Origin: a virus
Virus record (IMG/VR): IMGVR_UViG_3300046533_000687
Span: 11,486-75,485 of that record
Strand: one strand, 5' to 3'
Length of the DNA stretch: 64,000 nt
Program-made: the position numbers and the translations under genes
Shown: in pieces, positions 18,471 through 28,540 of the stretch
Layout of the letters: every line of letters begins with the position of its first letter
How positions within the stretch are numbered: position 1 is the first letter of the stretch
Notes under the pieces: generated by a model
What the model was told of the DNA's origin: nothing
Databases searched by the model: none
What the model saw: only the letters and a program-made list of their open reading frames with translations

Positions 18471-19711
18471 AAAAGCTCCTCTGGGTCGGCGATGCCTGCG
18501 TGAGCTCGGGGTTCGCCCGAGCGACGCATAACATCCTCGACACGTTGCGCTACGTCTTCGACGTCCAGGTGCTCGGACTGTGTTACAGCGGTGACCCGCA
18601 CGACTATCCGTACAAGGTCTATCCCGCGTACAGTGGTGGAGATGCGTTCGGCGTCGGGCGTGTCAAGGACATCGCGGAGTCATTCAAGCCGGACGTTATC
18701 GTCATCCAGCAGGACCCGTGGAACTTTCCACCATACCTCGAGCAGCTCAAGGGGATCGACGCGCCTATCGTCGGACATGTGGCCGTTGACGGTAAGAACT
18801 GCGCCGGAGAGAAGTTGCAGGGGCTGGCGGCCTGCGTCTTCTGGACGATGTTCGGGGAGGCGGAAGCGAAGGTTGGAGGCTATGTCGGGCCGACAGAAGT
18901 CATCCCGCTGGGCGTCGATCGTAACATCTACAAGCCTCTGGACAAGATAGAGCTGAAGGCGAATATCATAGGCCCCGTCCTGGCCGTGCAGCATCTCCCT
19001 GCCGACTCATTCGTCGTGGGCGTGGTCGGGCGTAATCAGGAACGCAAGCGCCTCGACCTGACGATCCGGTACTTCGCCGAGTGGGTGCGGTCGCACAAGG
19101 TTGAAGATGCCTGCCTGTGGTGCCACGTTGCGCCGACCGGCGATCAGGCGTATGACATGCACCAGCTCGTGAAGTATTACGGGATGGGCGGTCGCGTGTT
19201 CGCGCCTTCTATCAATCCGGTCTACGGGCTGCCTGAAGCGTCGATGGCAAAGGTGATCAACCTGTTCGACGTGTTCTTCTCGACCACGCAGGGTGAGGGA
19301 TTCGGTCTGCCGGCACTCGAGGCGATGGCGTGCGGCGTGCCGCCACTCCTGCCAGACTGGTCGGCGTATGGCGACTGGGCGCGTCGAGGCGCGACGCTCG
19401 TGCCCTGCTCCTCGACCGCCGTGACGCCGCACATCGGCGGCGCGGTACTCGGCGGCATCATGGACGAGGAGAAGGCCATCGAGAAGCTGCACTGCCTCTA
19501 TGCCGAGAACGGTCTGCGTGCGCGGCTGTCACGCCAGGCGCTGGACCTTGCCTCGCAGCCCGAGTTCCAGTGGCCGGTCATCGGGGATGCCTGGCTGAAA
19601 GTGCTCTCAGATGTGCTCCAGAACTGGCCAGGATTGGCTGTGGAAGCTGAAAAGGACGCGGCCGTGGCTAACCCCTTCCAGAGCCAGGCTGTGGCAGAGG
19701 TGGCATCATGA
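18467..19711 (+). CDS. Glycosyltransferase family 4 (GT-B)
   Basis: SGFAR, IPLGVD, VGRNQERKR and GEGFGLPALEAMACGVP (EX7E motif). Confidence 0.92.
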   Translation: MKKLLWVGDACVSSGFARATHNILDTLRYVFDVQVLGLCYSGDPHDYPYKVYPAYSGGDAFGVGRVKDIAESFKPDVIVIQQDPWNFPPYLEQLKGIDAPIVGHVAVDGKNCAGEKLQGLAACVFWTMFGEAEAKVGGYVGPTEVIPLGVDRNIYKPLDKIELKANIIGPVLAVQHLPADSFVVGVVGRNQERKRLDLTIRYFAEWVRSHKVEDACLWCHVAPTGDQAYDMHQLVKYYGMGGRVFAPSINPVYGLPEASMAKVINLFDVFFSTTQGEGFGLPALEAMACGVPPLLPDWSAYGDWARRGATLVPCSSTAVTPHIGGAVLGGIMDEEKAIEKLHCLYAENGLRARLSRQALDLASQPEFQWPVIGDAWLKVLSDVLQNWPGLAVEAEKDAAVANPFQSQAVAEVAS

Positions 19712-20127
19712 AAGGTGCCAGCGAGATGATCGCGAAGGTGAGACTTGTCGCGAAGGCGCAGCCCAACCGCGTAGGCGCGGCACTCTACCTTGAAGGGCAG
19801 ATCGAGATGACCGAGTCGAAGCGGCGCTGCCCCGTGTCGCCGACCGCCGCGCAGTTCAAGGCGATGGGCCGGACGATGCCGAAGGGCCTGGTGCCTGGCA
19901 CGCTGCGGGCGAGCGGACAGGTGGCCGAGCCGGAATATCAGGGCAACAACATCTCCGTCACGCTATCTTACGGCGGCGCGGCGATCGACTATGCTATCGT
20001 GCAGCACGAGCGTCTCGACTATCACCACACGACGGGCCAGGCAAAATACCTCGAGAGTGTGATCAACGAGTCGCGGCCGTTCATGGCCGCGCGCCTTGCT
20101 GCGCGGCTGCAGTTAAAGGAAGGCTGA
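19708..20127 (+). CDS. Neck/tail completion protein (HK97 gp10-like)
   Basis: SKRRCPV...GTLRASG, YAIVQHE and GQAKYLE. Confidence 0.8.
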   Translation: MKGASEMIAKVRLVAKAQPNRVGAALYLEGQIEMTESKRRCPVSPTAAQFKAMGRTMPKGLVPGTLRASGQVAEPEYQGNNISVTLSYGGAAIDYAIVQHERLDYHHTTGQAKYLESVINESRPFMAARLAARLQLKEG

Positions 20128-20227
20128 TGTTCATCTGGATTCTTTGCAGCCGTTGTCGCTGCTGGTTCTCGCGGATTGACCCGGCGATCGAAGTTAAGAA
20201 TGCCGCTTACTGCCTGGAGTGTCAGTG

Positions 20228-20632
20228 ATGCCCTTCCTCGATGAGATCGCCGCGAAGCTCGTGACGGCCAGCGTCGGCACGGTCGGCTCGAACATCTTTC
20301 TCGGCTCGAAGGCGATCATCCCGGTAGGCAACGGACCGTATCTCTCGCTGGTCGAGACGGGCGGTAGCGCGCCGACGCGGATTCAGAATGTCGCGACGGC
20401 ACACACGCAGCGCCCGACGGCACAGGTATCGGTACGCGCAAAGTCGTATCAAGCGGCCAGGACGATGCTCCAGGCGGCATACGAGGCGCTTGACGGGACG
20501 TTCAACACGACTCTGAGCGGGACGTTCTATCAGAGCATCACCGCGCGGCAGGAACCGACGGACGTCGGCCTCGATGACGCGGGCCGCGCGATGATCGTGT
20601 TTAACATAGAAGTTGAGAAGCAGCCATCATGA
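20228..20632 (+). CDS. Tail terminator (minor capsid-like) protein
   Basis: ETGG..P, RPTAQVSVRA..Y and QEP..VG.DD.GR..IVFN; upstream of the tail tube gene. Confidence 0.8.
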   Translation: MPFLDEIAAKLVTASVGTVGSNIFLGSKAIIPVGNGPYLSLVETGGSAPTRIQNVATAHTQRPTAQVSVRAKSYQAARTMLQAAYEALDGTFNTTLSGTFYQSITARQEPTDVGLDDAGRAMIVFNIEVEKQPS

Positions 20633-20713
20633 AGCAGGAGTGCGGGACATTAGGGCAGCCATCCTGAAGCATTCCCGCTTCTTGAGGCCTGTCTCTTATA
20701 CAGGAGACGAGCG

Positions 20714-21163
20714 ATGACGTTACCTCTCAGTGGACATGGTGCTAAGATCGAACGGGCACTAGCAGCGACACCGACAGTCTTTGCCGAGATTGCCGAGATC
20801 AAGGACATCACGCTGCCGGGTCTGGATCACAACGAGTTCGATGCGACCTCGCACAACCGGAACATTGATGCCTACGTCATGGGCGTCCTGCGCCGGGACC
20901 TGTTCACCATCAAGATGAACTTCCTGCCGAGCGACGGCTCGCAGGACCATCTGACGGGTCTGATCAAGGCGGCCATCACGAATCCCGTACCGACGGACGG
21001 GTTCAAGATCACGTTTCCCGACAACACGAACGTGTGGGTCGCCAGCGGTCAGGTGAAGGCCGTAAAGAACATCGTGCTGCCAGTCGACGGGCTGTCGACG
21101 GCGGACGTTGAAGTCAGGTTCAGCGGATTGATGCTCATCAACGGCGTGGTGATCGGCACGTAG
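20714..21163 (+). CDS. Tail tube (major tail) protein
   Basis: IAEIKDI..PG...EFDATSH, NFLP and FKITFPD; AGGAG RBS; synteny. Confidence 0.8.
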   Translation: MTLPLSGHGAKIERALAATPTVFAEIAEIKDITLPGLDHNEFDATSHNRNIDAYVMGVLRRDLFTIKMNFLPSDGSQDHLTGLIKAAITNPVPTDGFKITFPDNTNVWVASGQVKAVKNIVLPVDGLSTADVEVRFSGLMLINGVVIGT

Positions 21164-21253
21164 TCTGCAACGCAGCGTCACTACCTCTCTGCCGGTCTTA
21201 GAGAGGTGGCGTAACTGGAGACCGGCATACTAAGGGCAGAAGCAGGAGCAATT

Positions 21254-21448
21254 ATGCTAACGATCAAGCACATCCTCCCTAACGGCAACGAGCGCGTCTT
21301 TCCGGTAACGTCTGTCGAGAGGACGGAGGAGGGCTTGTCGTTCGGCTCTCAAGAGCTCATCACCTCTGGGAAAGTCTACCTCATGAACGACGCGGGCAAG
21401 ACGGTGGCACTCTATGATTTCGAGAAGAAGGAGCAGAACAATGGATGA
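21254..21448 (+). CDS. Small hypothetical protein inserted between tail tube and chaperone genes
   Basis: AGGAG RBS; GKVYLMNDAGKTV motif. Confidence 0.7.
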   Translation: MLTIKHILPNGNERVFPVTSVERTEEGLSFGSQELITSGKVYLMNDAGKTVALYDFEKKEQNNG

Positions 21449-21803
21449 AACAAAGAAGGTTTACGAGACGCTCGAAGAGATGTTTGCAAGCGGTGCAAGT
21501 GACGTCGAGTACGCCTATGTTGATGGCTTCAAGCCAGGCGAAAGCGTTCGCATCGGTTCTGTGACGGCCGGCGATATGATCGAGTGGAGTGAGGCGAGCG
21601 AGGGCGAGGCGAAGCGCACGGCTGGTCTACGGCTCATCTGCAAGAGCATCGTGAACTCGAAGGGTGAGCGCATGGCTGATAACAAGAAGAACATCGAGAA
21701 GTTCCGTGGCATGCGTCACAAGGAGACCGAGCGCATCGTGAAGGAGATCCTGAAGCTGAACGGGATGACCGTCAAGGCGGAAGCCGAAGCAAAAAAAGAC
21801 TGA
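21441..21803 (+). CDS. Tail assembly chaperone (gpG-like)
   Basis: Lies before the tape measure gene and ends in the slippery run GCA AAA AAA GAC TGA. Confidence 0.8.
   Translation: MDETKKVYETLEEMFASGASDVEYAYVDGFKPGESVRIGSVTAGDMIEWSEASEGEAKRTAGLRLICKSIVNSKGERMADNKKNIEKFRGMRHKETERIVKEILKLNGMTVKAEAEAKKD
21791..21797 (+). promoter_or_regulatory. Programmed -1 ribosomal frameshift site (A AAA AAA)
   Basis: X XXY YYZ heptamer in the correct phase. The -1 frame stays open (KRLKRSPHRRFAYQLAVKLG...) to 22219. Confidence 0.85.
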
Positions 21804-22219
21804 AGCGGAGTCCGCATCGACGATTCGCGTATCAATTGGCTGTGAAGCTGGGGCGAGTCAACGTCGAGGTGATGCTCCGCAGCTTCACAGCCAAGCAGCT
21901 CATGTGGTGGGAGGTCTACGCCAGGATGGAACCGTTCAACGAGCTGAGGGCCGATCATCGAGCGGCGATGATCGCGGCGATGGTCTTCAACATGGCGGTC
22001 GATCCGAAGTATCGGAAGTCGGCGAACGACAGGATGTTTCAACTCCTTTATGATGAAGAGCCGGAACCGGAGCAGAAGGTCGACCTGTTGAAGACGATCG
22101 AGGTGCTCTCGGTGATCGAGAACGCGAACCCGCAGAAGCCCGAGCTGGTGAACGATGGATCGGGACGCAAGGATCTCGCGGAACAGTTGGCGCGGGCCCG
22201 TGCCGCGATGGGGACGTAG
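21797..22219 (+). CDS. Tail assembly chaperone frameshift extension (gpGT-like)
   Basis: -1 frame with LAVKLG..VEVML...QL..W..Y...EPF...RAD; abuts the tape measure start. Confidence 0.75.
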   Translation, partial: RLKRSPHRRFAYQLAVKLGRVNVEVMLRSFTAKQLMWWEVYARMEPFNELRADHRAAMIAAMVFNMAVDPKYRKSANDRMFQLLYDEEPEPEQKVDLLKTIEVLSVIENANPQKPELVNDGSGRKDLAEQLARARAAMGT

Positions 22220-25200
22220 ATGGACATTGGATCGCTCACGGGCAAGATTGAGATTGAGGACCTCGCTACGTCTACCCTTGAGAAGTTCGCCGACCGCGTA
22301 AAGGATTTCGCGGAACACTTCGAGGGCATGGCCAGGGTCGTGGTCGAGGGGTCTGCAGTGGCAGTGGCCGCGATCGCCTCGATAACAGGAGCGGTCATCA
22401 CACTCGGCGAAAAGGGCTCGACGATCATCGGTGTGACGGATGCGTTCGATAGGCTTGCGATCAAGGCCGGCACGACCGGAGAGGCGCTACGTTCAGGACT
22501 GTCAGAAGGCGTTAAGGGCACGGTCGATGACCTGAAGTTGATGGAGACGACCTCGCGTCTCCTGACGACCGGCATGAAGCTGACCGAAGACCAGACGCGC
22601 CTCATGGGCCAGGCAGCTCGCGAGATGGGCAAGGCGACGGGCACGGACGCGGCCTCTGGACTGCAGACGCTCAGCACGGCGCTGACCACCGGGAGAACCC
22701 GTACGCTGGCGATGACGGGCATCGTGGTAGACCTGAAGAAGGCGGAGACAGAATTTGCAGCATCCCTCGGCACGACGGCCGATCAGCTCAACAAGGAAGG
22801 TAAGCTGGAGGCCGACCGCATCGGCATCCTTCAGGCGACGCAGACATACGTCGACAGGCTCGGCGTCTCGCAGCTGACCTTTAAGGAACGCGTTCAGCAG
22901 GCACAGGTTGCGGTCGAGGAGTGGGGCGACAAGCTGGCCGTCTCGGTCGCGTCGTCGCCACACGTGATGGCGGCGCTGGATGCCATCGGCAAGGCGATTA
23001 CAGATAACTTCGGCGGTACGGGACAGTCAGCACTTGAGGTGATTACTGGGTGGGTGAACAAGTTTGCTGATGCCGTTGCCGAGAATGGACCGCGTATCAT
23101 TCAGACGCTCGGAGAGATCGCCAGCAAGATTCAAGACGTATACCGCGCAGTAAATGAACACCTTGATGATATTGAAACGGCGATCAAAGTTATCGCGGCA
23201 TATGCAGCGGCCTGGGCCGTGCTGGAAGTCGGCGGAGTTCTTGTTACTGGCGTGATTGCTGGGATCGATGCTATGACGGCAGCTGCGGTCAGTGCGGGAG
23301 CTGCCGGAGGCGGTAGTGGCCTCATCTCTACGATCCTGTTTGGAAGTGCCGGCGCCGCTGGAGCAGCGGCTGCTGCAGCTCCGGTCGCACTCTTCGTGTC
23401 GATCACGGCCGGCTTGCTTCTGATCGAAAATTCTCTCAAGAGCCTCTACGCCGAATGGACCAGGGGAAGGTCCATGTGGGATATCCTTTTCAAAGCCGAG
23501 CCTGGAACCGCTCTGGGAAACCTGTTCGGAAGGACAGCACCGCTTCCCTCAACGTCGATCGGAATAGCAGGTGCAACTCCACAAGGTGGAAGTGGAGTAT
23601 TGTCGATCGCTCCTCCAATAGCTGCGCCAAGCTACATCAAGCCGCCCGATACGAAGGCCGTCGAAGCAGCGACGCAGGCGAGCATCGCCAAGACCTCGGA
23701 GCTGTGGGACCAGTACTTCTCGCTCATCGAGTCGAGGAATGGCAAGACGTTCGAGTCGATGGCCGCCGACGTGGAGAGATGGTACACCGAGCAGCGTGCG
23801 ACGCTCGACAAGTCCATTAAGACGAACAAGGACTACCAGAACCAGCTCGAAGCGCTTAATGCGGTAGCAGATGAGAAGCGACGCGCGGTCTCACCGAAGA
23901 CGTACATGGAAGCTGCGACACGTGCAACGCAACTGCTCGACGCGCAGATCCACGAGCATCTCATTCCGACGTTCGTCACGCTGGAGAAGAACATCAACGG
24001 GATGTTCAACGGGTTGAACGAGAAGGTTCCGCTTGTCAGCCACGCCCTGCAAGGCGTCTCACAGGTGACGGGACTCGTCGGCACGGAGTTCACGAGCGTC
24101 CAGAAGGTCATCGCGGATACGATGGACAAAAACACGAAGGCGTTCTTTCCGTTGTCTGAGGTCGAGAAGGCGCAGGTGCAGCAGTTGCACGAGCTTGGGT
24201 TCGCGGCGGAAGAGATCGCTCCGATGTTCGGCCGAAGCCTTAGCGTGATCACTCCCATCGTGCAGCACTTCGGAGAGGACCTGAAGAAGGCATTCTCGAA
24301 CACCATCAAGGGATTCCCGGACCTGCTGGTGCAAGCGTTCACGGGCGGTGGCGGATTGTCCGGCGCGTTGTCCGCGATCGGCGCGCAGCTTGGCAACGAT
24401 CTTGGCGCGGGCATCGTTAAGAATTTCGGCAAGTCCATCACGAACGTGCTAGGTGACACGCTGGGCGGCGCCATCAATACCTTCTTGCCAGGCATCGGAT
24501 CTCTGATCGGTACTGGCATCTCTGCACTGTTGAGCATCGGGAAGCCGAGTAAAGAGGAGCTTGACGCTCGATCGAAGCAACTCGATCTCGTGAAGCAGCT
24601 GGCGGCTGGCGCCACGGCGGCAGAAAAGGCCGAGATCGCCCTCAACCAGGCAACGTTCAAGACGGGACCGATCTACTCCACGCTGGCCGTCGTCGGACGT
24701 GACGCGATGCTCGCGATCGGCAAGAGCGCGGCGGAGGCTGGAGAGGTCGTCAAGGGACTCCTGAACACGCACGATCCGGCCGTGTTCGCGGCGGCGATGC
24801 AGCAGGTGCAAGACGCGCTGACGCTGCAGAAGACGGCGACGAACGCGCTCAACGACGCGCTGTCCCGTTACAAGTTCACGACAGAACAGCTCGGCCCTGC
24901 CCTTCGTGCTCAGAAGCTCGACGAGCAGTCGCAGCAGCTCTACAAGGATTGGCAGGTGCTCACGCAGGCAGGCATCGACGTGTCCGCCGTGACGCAGCAG
25001 ATGAGTACGGACATTGAGGACTACATCACGACGGCGATAAAGACTGGGACCGAAGTGCCAGAAGCGATGAAGCCGATGCTCCAGTCGATGATCGATCAGG
25101 GGCTGTTGACCGACCTTGCGGGTAACAAGATCACGGACCTCGCGTCTTCCGGCATCTCGTTCGCGACGACCATGACGCAAGGCTTCAAGGATATCGTGAC

Positions 25201-25669
25201 GAGCGTGAAGGAGCTGACGGACGTCTTGCGACGAGGATTGGGTCTGGCGATCGACGAGACGGTCACGAAGATCGGTACCATCCCACGCAGCATCAATGTC
25301 GACGTGAACCTGAACGGGCCCTCGCTACCGGAGGCACCGATTCAGTTCGATAATAGCTACGGTTCGACCGGCGGTACGATCTACGCCGCGATGGGCCGCG
25401 TCCTTCCGTTCCAACCGCGTGGCACCGACGTCGTCCCGGCCATGCTCACGCCAGGCGAGACCGTCAGGACGACGAGTCAGGAGGCGCAGGTCCAGCACGA
25501 CCTACAGAGGGGGACCGGCACGGTCATCGACATGCGCGGCTCGATGGTCCTCGACGGTCCGTCGCTCCAGCGCTTTATCGACACGCACGTGTGGAAGAAG
25601 ATGGGCGACGCGGTGAACGTAAGGGACGTGGGCGGAGCGACGAACGTCATCAAGAAGGCGGCATCATAA
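22220..25669 (+). CDS. Tape measure protein
   Basis: 1149 aa, Ala/Gly-rich helical with hydrophobic segments; C-terminal GTDVVPAMLTPGE. Confidence 0.9.
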   Translation: MDIGSLTGKIEIEDLATSTLEKFADRVKDFAEHFEGMARVVVEGSAVAVAAIASITGAVITLGEKGSTIIGVTDAFDRLAIKAGTTGEALRSGLSEGVKGTVDDLKLMETTSRLLTTGMKLTEDQTRLMGQAAREMGKATGTDAASGLQTLSTALTTGRTRTLAMTGIVVDLKKAETEFAASLGTTADQLNKEGKLEADRIGILQATQTYVDRLGVSQLTFKERVQQAQVAVEEWGDKLAVSVASSPHVMAALDAIGKAITDNFGGTGQSALEVITGWVNKFADAVAENGPRIIQTLGEIASKIQDVYRAVNEHLDDIETAIKVIAAYAAAWAVLEVGGVLVTGVIAGIDAMTAAAVSAGAAGGGSGLISTILFGSAGAAGAAAAAAPVALFVSITAGLLLIENSLKSLYAEWTRGRSMWDILFKAEPGTALGNLFGRTAPLPSTSIGIAGATPQGGSGVLSIAPPIAAPSYIKPPDTKAVEAATQASIAKTSELWDQYFSLIESRNGKTFESMAADVERWYTEQRATLDKSIKTNKDYQNQLEALNAVADEKRRAVSPKTYMEAATRATQLLDAQIHEHLIPTFVTLEKNINGMFNGLNEKVPLVSHALQGVSQVTGLVGTEFTSVQKVIADTMDKNTKAFFPLSEVEKAQVQQLHELGFAAEEIAPMFGRSLSVITPIVQHFGEDLKKAFSNTIKGFPDLLVQAFTGGGGLSGALSAIGAQLGNDLGAGIVKNFGKSITNVLGDTLGGAINTFLPGIGSLIGTGISALLSIGKPSKEELDARSKQLDLVKQLAAGATAAEKAEIALNQATFKTGPIYSTLAVVGRDAMLAIGKSAAEAGEVVKGLLNTHDPAVFAAAMQQVQDALTLQKTATNALNDALSRYKFTTEQLGPALRAQKLDEQSQQLYKDWQVLTQAGIDVSAVTQQMSTDIEDYITTAIKTGTEVPEAMKPMLQSMIDQGLLTDLAGNKITDLASSGISFATTMTQGFKDIVTSVKELTDVLRRGLGLAIDETVTKIGTIPRSINVDVNLNGPSLPEAPIQFDNSYGSTGGTIYAAMGRVLPFQPRGTDVVPAMLTPGETVRTTSQEAQVQHDLQRGTGTVIDMRGSMVLDGPSLQRFIDTHVWKKMGDAVNVRDVGGATNVIKKAAS

Positions 25670-26496
25670 TGGGCAGCTTCTACTACGCAACAGCAGCAGA
25701 CCGTTTGGCGGTGACGTGGGCGCTTGACACGGGCACTGCGCGCACGGGCTACGAGGTCGCCAACCTCAACGCGCTGCCTGGCCTCAACGACCCGAGCTTG
25801 CCGCTCTGGATCCTGGAGAACTCGATTCGCATCACGGCCGACCTCGGATCTGACAAGGTTCTCGTCGGTGCGTTTATCTTCGCGCACACGTTCGACGCGG
25901 CGCTCAACGTGCGCTTCCAAGCCAACGCGTCGAACAGCTGGGGCGCACCGACGCTCAGTCAGCCGCTGACGATCAACAGTCCATATAACAAGTTCACCTG
26001 CCACGCAGGCGTCGACCTGCGCACGGCGCTGCCGAACGCCATCGACCGGACCTTCCGCTACATCTCCATCGCCAACCTCTCGGCGAACAGCAAGACGGTG
26101 GCGATCGGCGAGGTGTGGATCGTCACGGCCTACGCGCCGCTCGGCATCACGCGGGAATTCAGCCTGCCGAAGGATGAGATCACGGTCAGTCAGGATAGCA
26201 GGCGCGGTGTGCAGACGGTCTACGGACTCGGCAGCCGCCGTCGCGACATCGCGGCGAAGATCCGCCTGCCCATCGCTGACGCCAGCCCGGTACTCGACTG
26301 GCAGGATACGCAGCAGGGCAACCTGAACCTGACGGTCGTGCAGCTCGACGCGACGAGCAGCGAGCGCAGGCTGTCCGAGCCGAGATTGTGTCGCTTCACG
26401 GGGATGCAGGATCCGACGGCGGTGAACGAGATGTCGCAGTACGAGGTGTCCGTGAACCTGCAGGAAGTTGGGCAGGGGGAGCCGGTGAACGCATGA
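25669..26496 (+). CDS. Minor tail (distal tail-like) protein
   Basis: TAATG-coupled to the tape measure gene; beta-rich. Confidence 0.6.
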   Translation: MGSFYYATAADRLAVTWALDTGTARTGYEVANLNALPGLNDPSLPLWILENSIRITADLGSDKVLVGAFIFAHTFDAALNVRFQANASNSWGAPTLSQPLTINSPYNKFTCHAGVDLRTALPNAIDRTFRYISIANLSANSKTVAIGEVWIVTAYAPLGITREFSLPKDEITVSQDSRRGVQTVYGLGSRRRDIAAKIRLPIADASPVLDWQDTQQGNLNLTVVQLDATSSERRLSEPRLCRFTGMQDPTAVNEMSQYEVSVNLQEVGQGEPVNA

Positions 26497-26660
26497 TTCC
26501 CATCACCGGTGACTCAGTGGCGTACATGGCATTCTGGCTTCGCACCATTATGCTGATATTCGGTATCTTGATAGGCATGCTTGCGGTATTTTTCTTGATG
26601 CTGCGCTTCTGGATCGTTCCGGCGATCGTGAACCCTATTGTTGCAGCACTTGGAAGATAA
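26493..26660 (+). CDS. Small membrane protein
   Basis: 55 aa with one long hydrophobic stretch; ATGA overlap. Confidence 0.5.
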   Translation: MIPITGDSVAYMAFWLRTIMLIFGILIGMLAVFFLMLRFWIVPAIVNPIVAALGR

Positions 26661-27467
26661 ATGGCTGTTCGCGCTATTGCGCCAACGAATCTTCAACGAA
26701 ATGGATCGTTCCTTAATCTTCAGTGGTCGTGGACCATTATGAAGTGGGTAAGGCCTGATACATCCACGCCTGGAGGTGGAGATTATCGGCTGTATTTCTT
26801 TCAGGGTCTTCCAGCCTATGTGCAGTTGGCCTCGGATAACGGGATGGACAACGTCATCCTGTCAGCATGGGATGGAGCTACCTATCACGATACTTCGGTC
26901 GCATTGCCTTTGAACGCGTGGACCCATCTGGCGATTACGCATAATGCTTGCACGCACGTCCTTTCGCTGTATGTGAACTCTGTTTTGGCTGGCAGTTTTG
27001 TCTTCGACATCACGACGGCGAGCTTTACTACAACGACGCAATATGGACTCGGCGGTAACCCGGCATCGCTGAATGACTACAATGAAGCGATAGCTTACGA
27101 CCGGATCTTCCAGCGTTGTTTCCCCGCGACGCTGATCGCTGATGAGATGAACAGCGCAACGCCTGTTCATCTCACGGGTCTGCTTGCTGATAATCCACTG
27201 AATGATATCACGGATCTGACCGACGCTAGCGGGCACGGGCATACATATACAGCTCCGAGTCCGATCTTTACGAGTGCTAGTCCAACCTTGCCGGGCGTTA
27301 CGGCACCGAGTACGGATAATCCAGATCCTTGCATCATGGATGGTAGCGTTTCATCATGCTCTGGTGGTGGAGAAGTTAATGTTGTCGCCGATCCGCCTGA
27401 CGGCCAGCCGTTCACTGGGCGCGACCTGAAGCCGGAATCGTGGATTGAGATTACATTTGATGTGTAA
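26661..27467 (+). CDS. LamG/concanavalin-A-like lectin-domain tail protein
   Basis: WTIMKWVRP, WTHLAITHN..LSLYVN and DASGHGH. Confidence 0.7.
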   Translation: MAVRAIAPTNLQRNGSFLNLQWSWTIMKWVRPDTSTPGGGDYRLYFFQGLPAYVQLASDNGMDNVILSAWDGATYHDTSVALPLNAWTHLAITHNACTHVLSLYVNSVLAGSFVFDITTASFTTTTQYGLGGNPASLNDYNEAIAYDRIFQRCFPATLIADEMNSATPVHLTGLLADNPLNDITDLTDASGHGHTYTAPSPIFTSASPTLPGVTAPSTDNPDPCIMDGSVSSCSGGGEVNVVADPPDGQPFTGRDLKPESWIEITFDV

Positions 27468-27479
27468 CTGGAAGGCTAG

Positions 27480-28538
27480 GTGATGGCAAGACGCCTCCTC
27501 TTTTTTGACGGCTTCGCACTTGGTCCAGGAGTCGGTGGCGCTCCGAAGATCAGCACGAAGTACGGAGCCGGTGCTATCTTTTCTATCGTGCAAGGGCGCA
27601 CGGCCTCGACCTATGCCGCAGCGATCGTCACGCTGTCTGGCATCGGGACGCGCGACCTCGGGGTCACGCCCGGCAAGGTCTGCTTCCTGCAGCTCGCGGG
27701 GATGTATCCGCGAGGCGAGGAAGGACACTTCCAAGGGCAGATGTGTTCGGTTGACGAGACGCTCGGCATCCAGCATGTCTATGTCAGGGGAGTGGATACG
27801 TCTGGTCACCTTGCCGCCTACAATGGCAACGGCACGCTGCTGGCCACGTCGACCGCCGTCATGATTCCGGACCGCTGGTACGTCATTCAGCTGAAGGCGT
27901 TCATCCATGACACGCTGGGCACGCTAGAACTCAAGCTCGATGGCACGACGTTCATCTCGCTGACCAACGTCGACACCCGCAACGGTCTGACGGGCAACTG
28001 GGATCGTGTGTCGATTCAGCCGTTGCTCTTCGGCAGCACGAGCTGGTTCGTTGCAGACCTGAACGTCTGGGAAGGAGACGCCGGCGATCCGTATCCGAGT
28101 CGCACGCTCCGCGTACTCACCAGTCACCCGAAGAGCGGCAACGGGACGCACGTCGACTTCGTTCCGAACACCGGTACAGACCACGGAGCGTTGGTCAAAG
28201 AGGTGACGGCCGACGATGATACGACGTACGTCGACAGCCAGACGTCCGGCGCCCGAGACTCATACTTCTACGATCCGTTTGACATCGGGATCTCGTCCGT
28301 CGTCGCCGTGCAGTTGAACCCGTACCTCAAGCAGACGGACGCCGGCGCGCGCAGCGCGAAGTCGTTCTTTCGTCTTGGCGGCGCGGACTACGATCATCCG
28401 GATACGATCAATCCGATTCCAACAGGATATGAGTATCGACCGCAACTCTGGGAGCTGAATCCGGCGACCGGCCTTGCGTGGACGGAAGCCGAGGTCAACG
28501 CGTTGACCGCCGAACTTGGGCTGAAGGTGGAGACATAG
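27480..28538 (+). CDS. Minor tail protein (beta-sandwich domains)
   Basis: LLFFDGF N-terminus, WYVIQLK..IHDT.G.LEL and NPATGLAWT.AEVN.L..GLK C-terminus. Confidence 0.6.
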   Translation: MMARRLLFFDGFALGPGVGGAPKISTKYGAGAIFSIVQGRTASTYAAAIVTLSGIGTRDLGVTPGKVCFLQLAGMYPRGEEGHFQGQMCSVDETLGIQHVYVRGVDTSGHLAAYNGNGTLLATSTAVMIPDRWYVIQLKAFIHDTLGTLELKLDGTTFISLTNVDTRNGLTGNWDRVSIQPLLFGSTSWFVADLNVWEGDAGDPYPSRTLRVLTSHPKSGNGTHVDFVPNTGTDHGALVKEVTADDDTTYVDSQTSGARDSYFYDPFDIGISSVVAVQLNPYLKQTDAGARSAKSFFRLGGADYDHPDTINPIPTGYEYRPQLWELNPATGLAWTEAEVNALTAELGLKVET

Positions 28539-28540
28539 GC

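Noticed and set aside
20689-20702. 14-nt match (CTGTCTCTTATACA) to the Tn5/Nextera mosaic end
   Set aside because: The match stops before CATCT, runs into the natural AGGAG RBS of the tail tube gene and forms a local hairpin. Probably coincidental, though read inspection would settle it.
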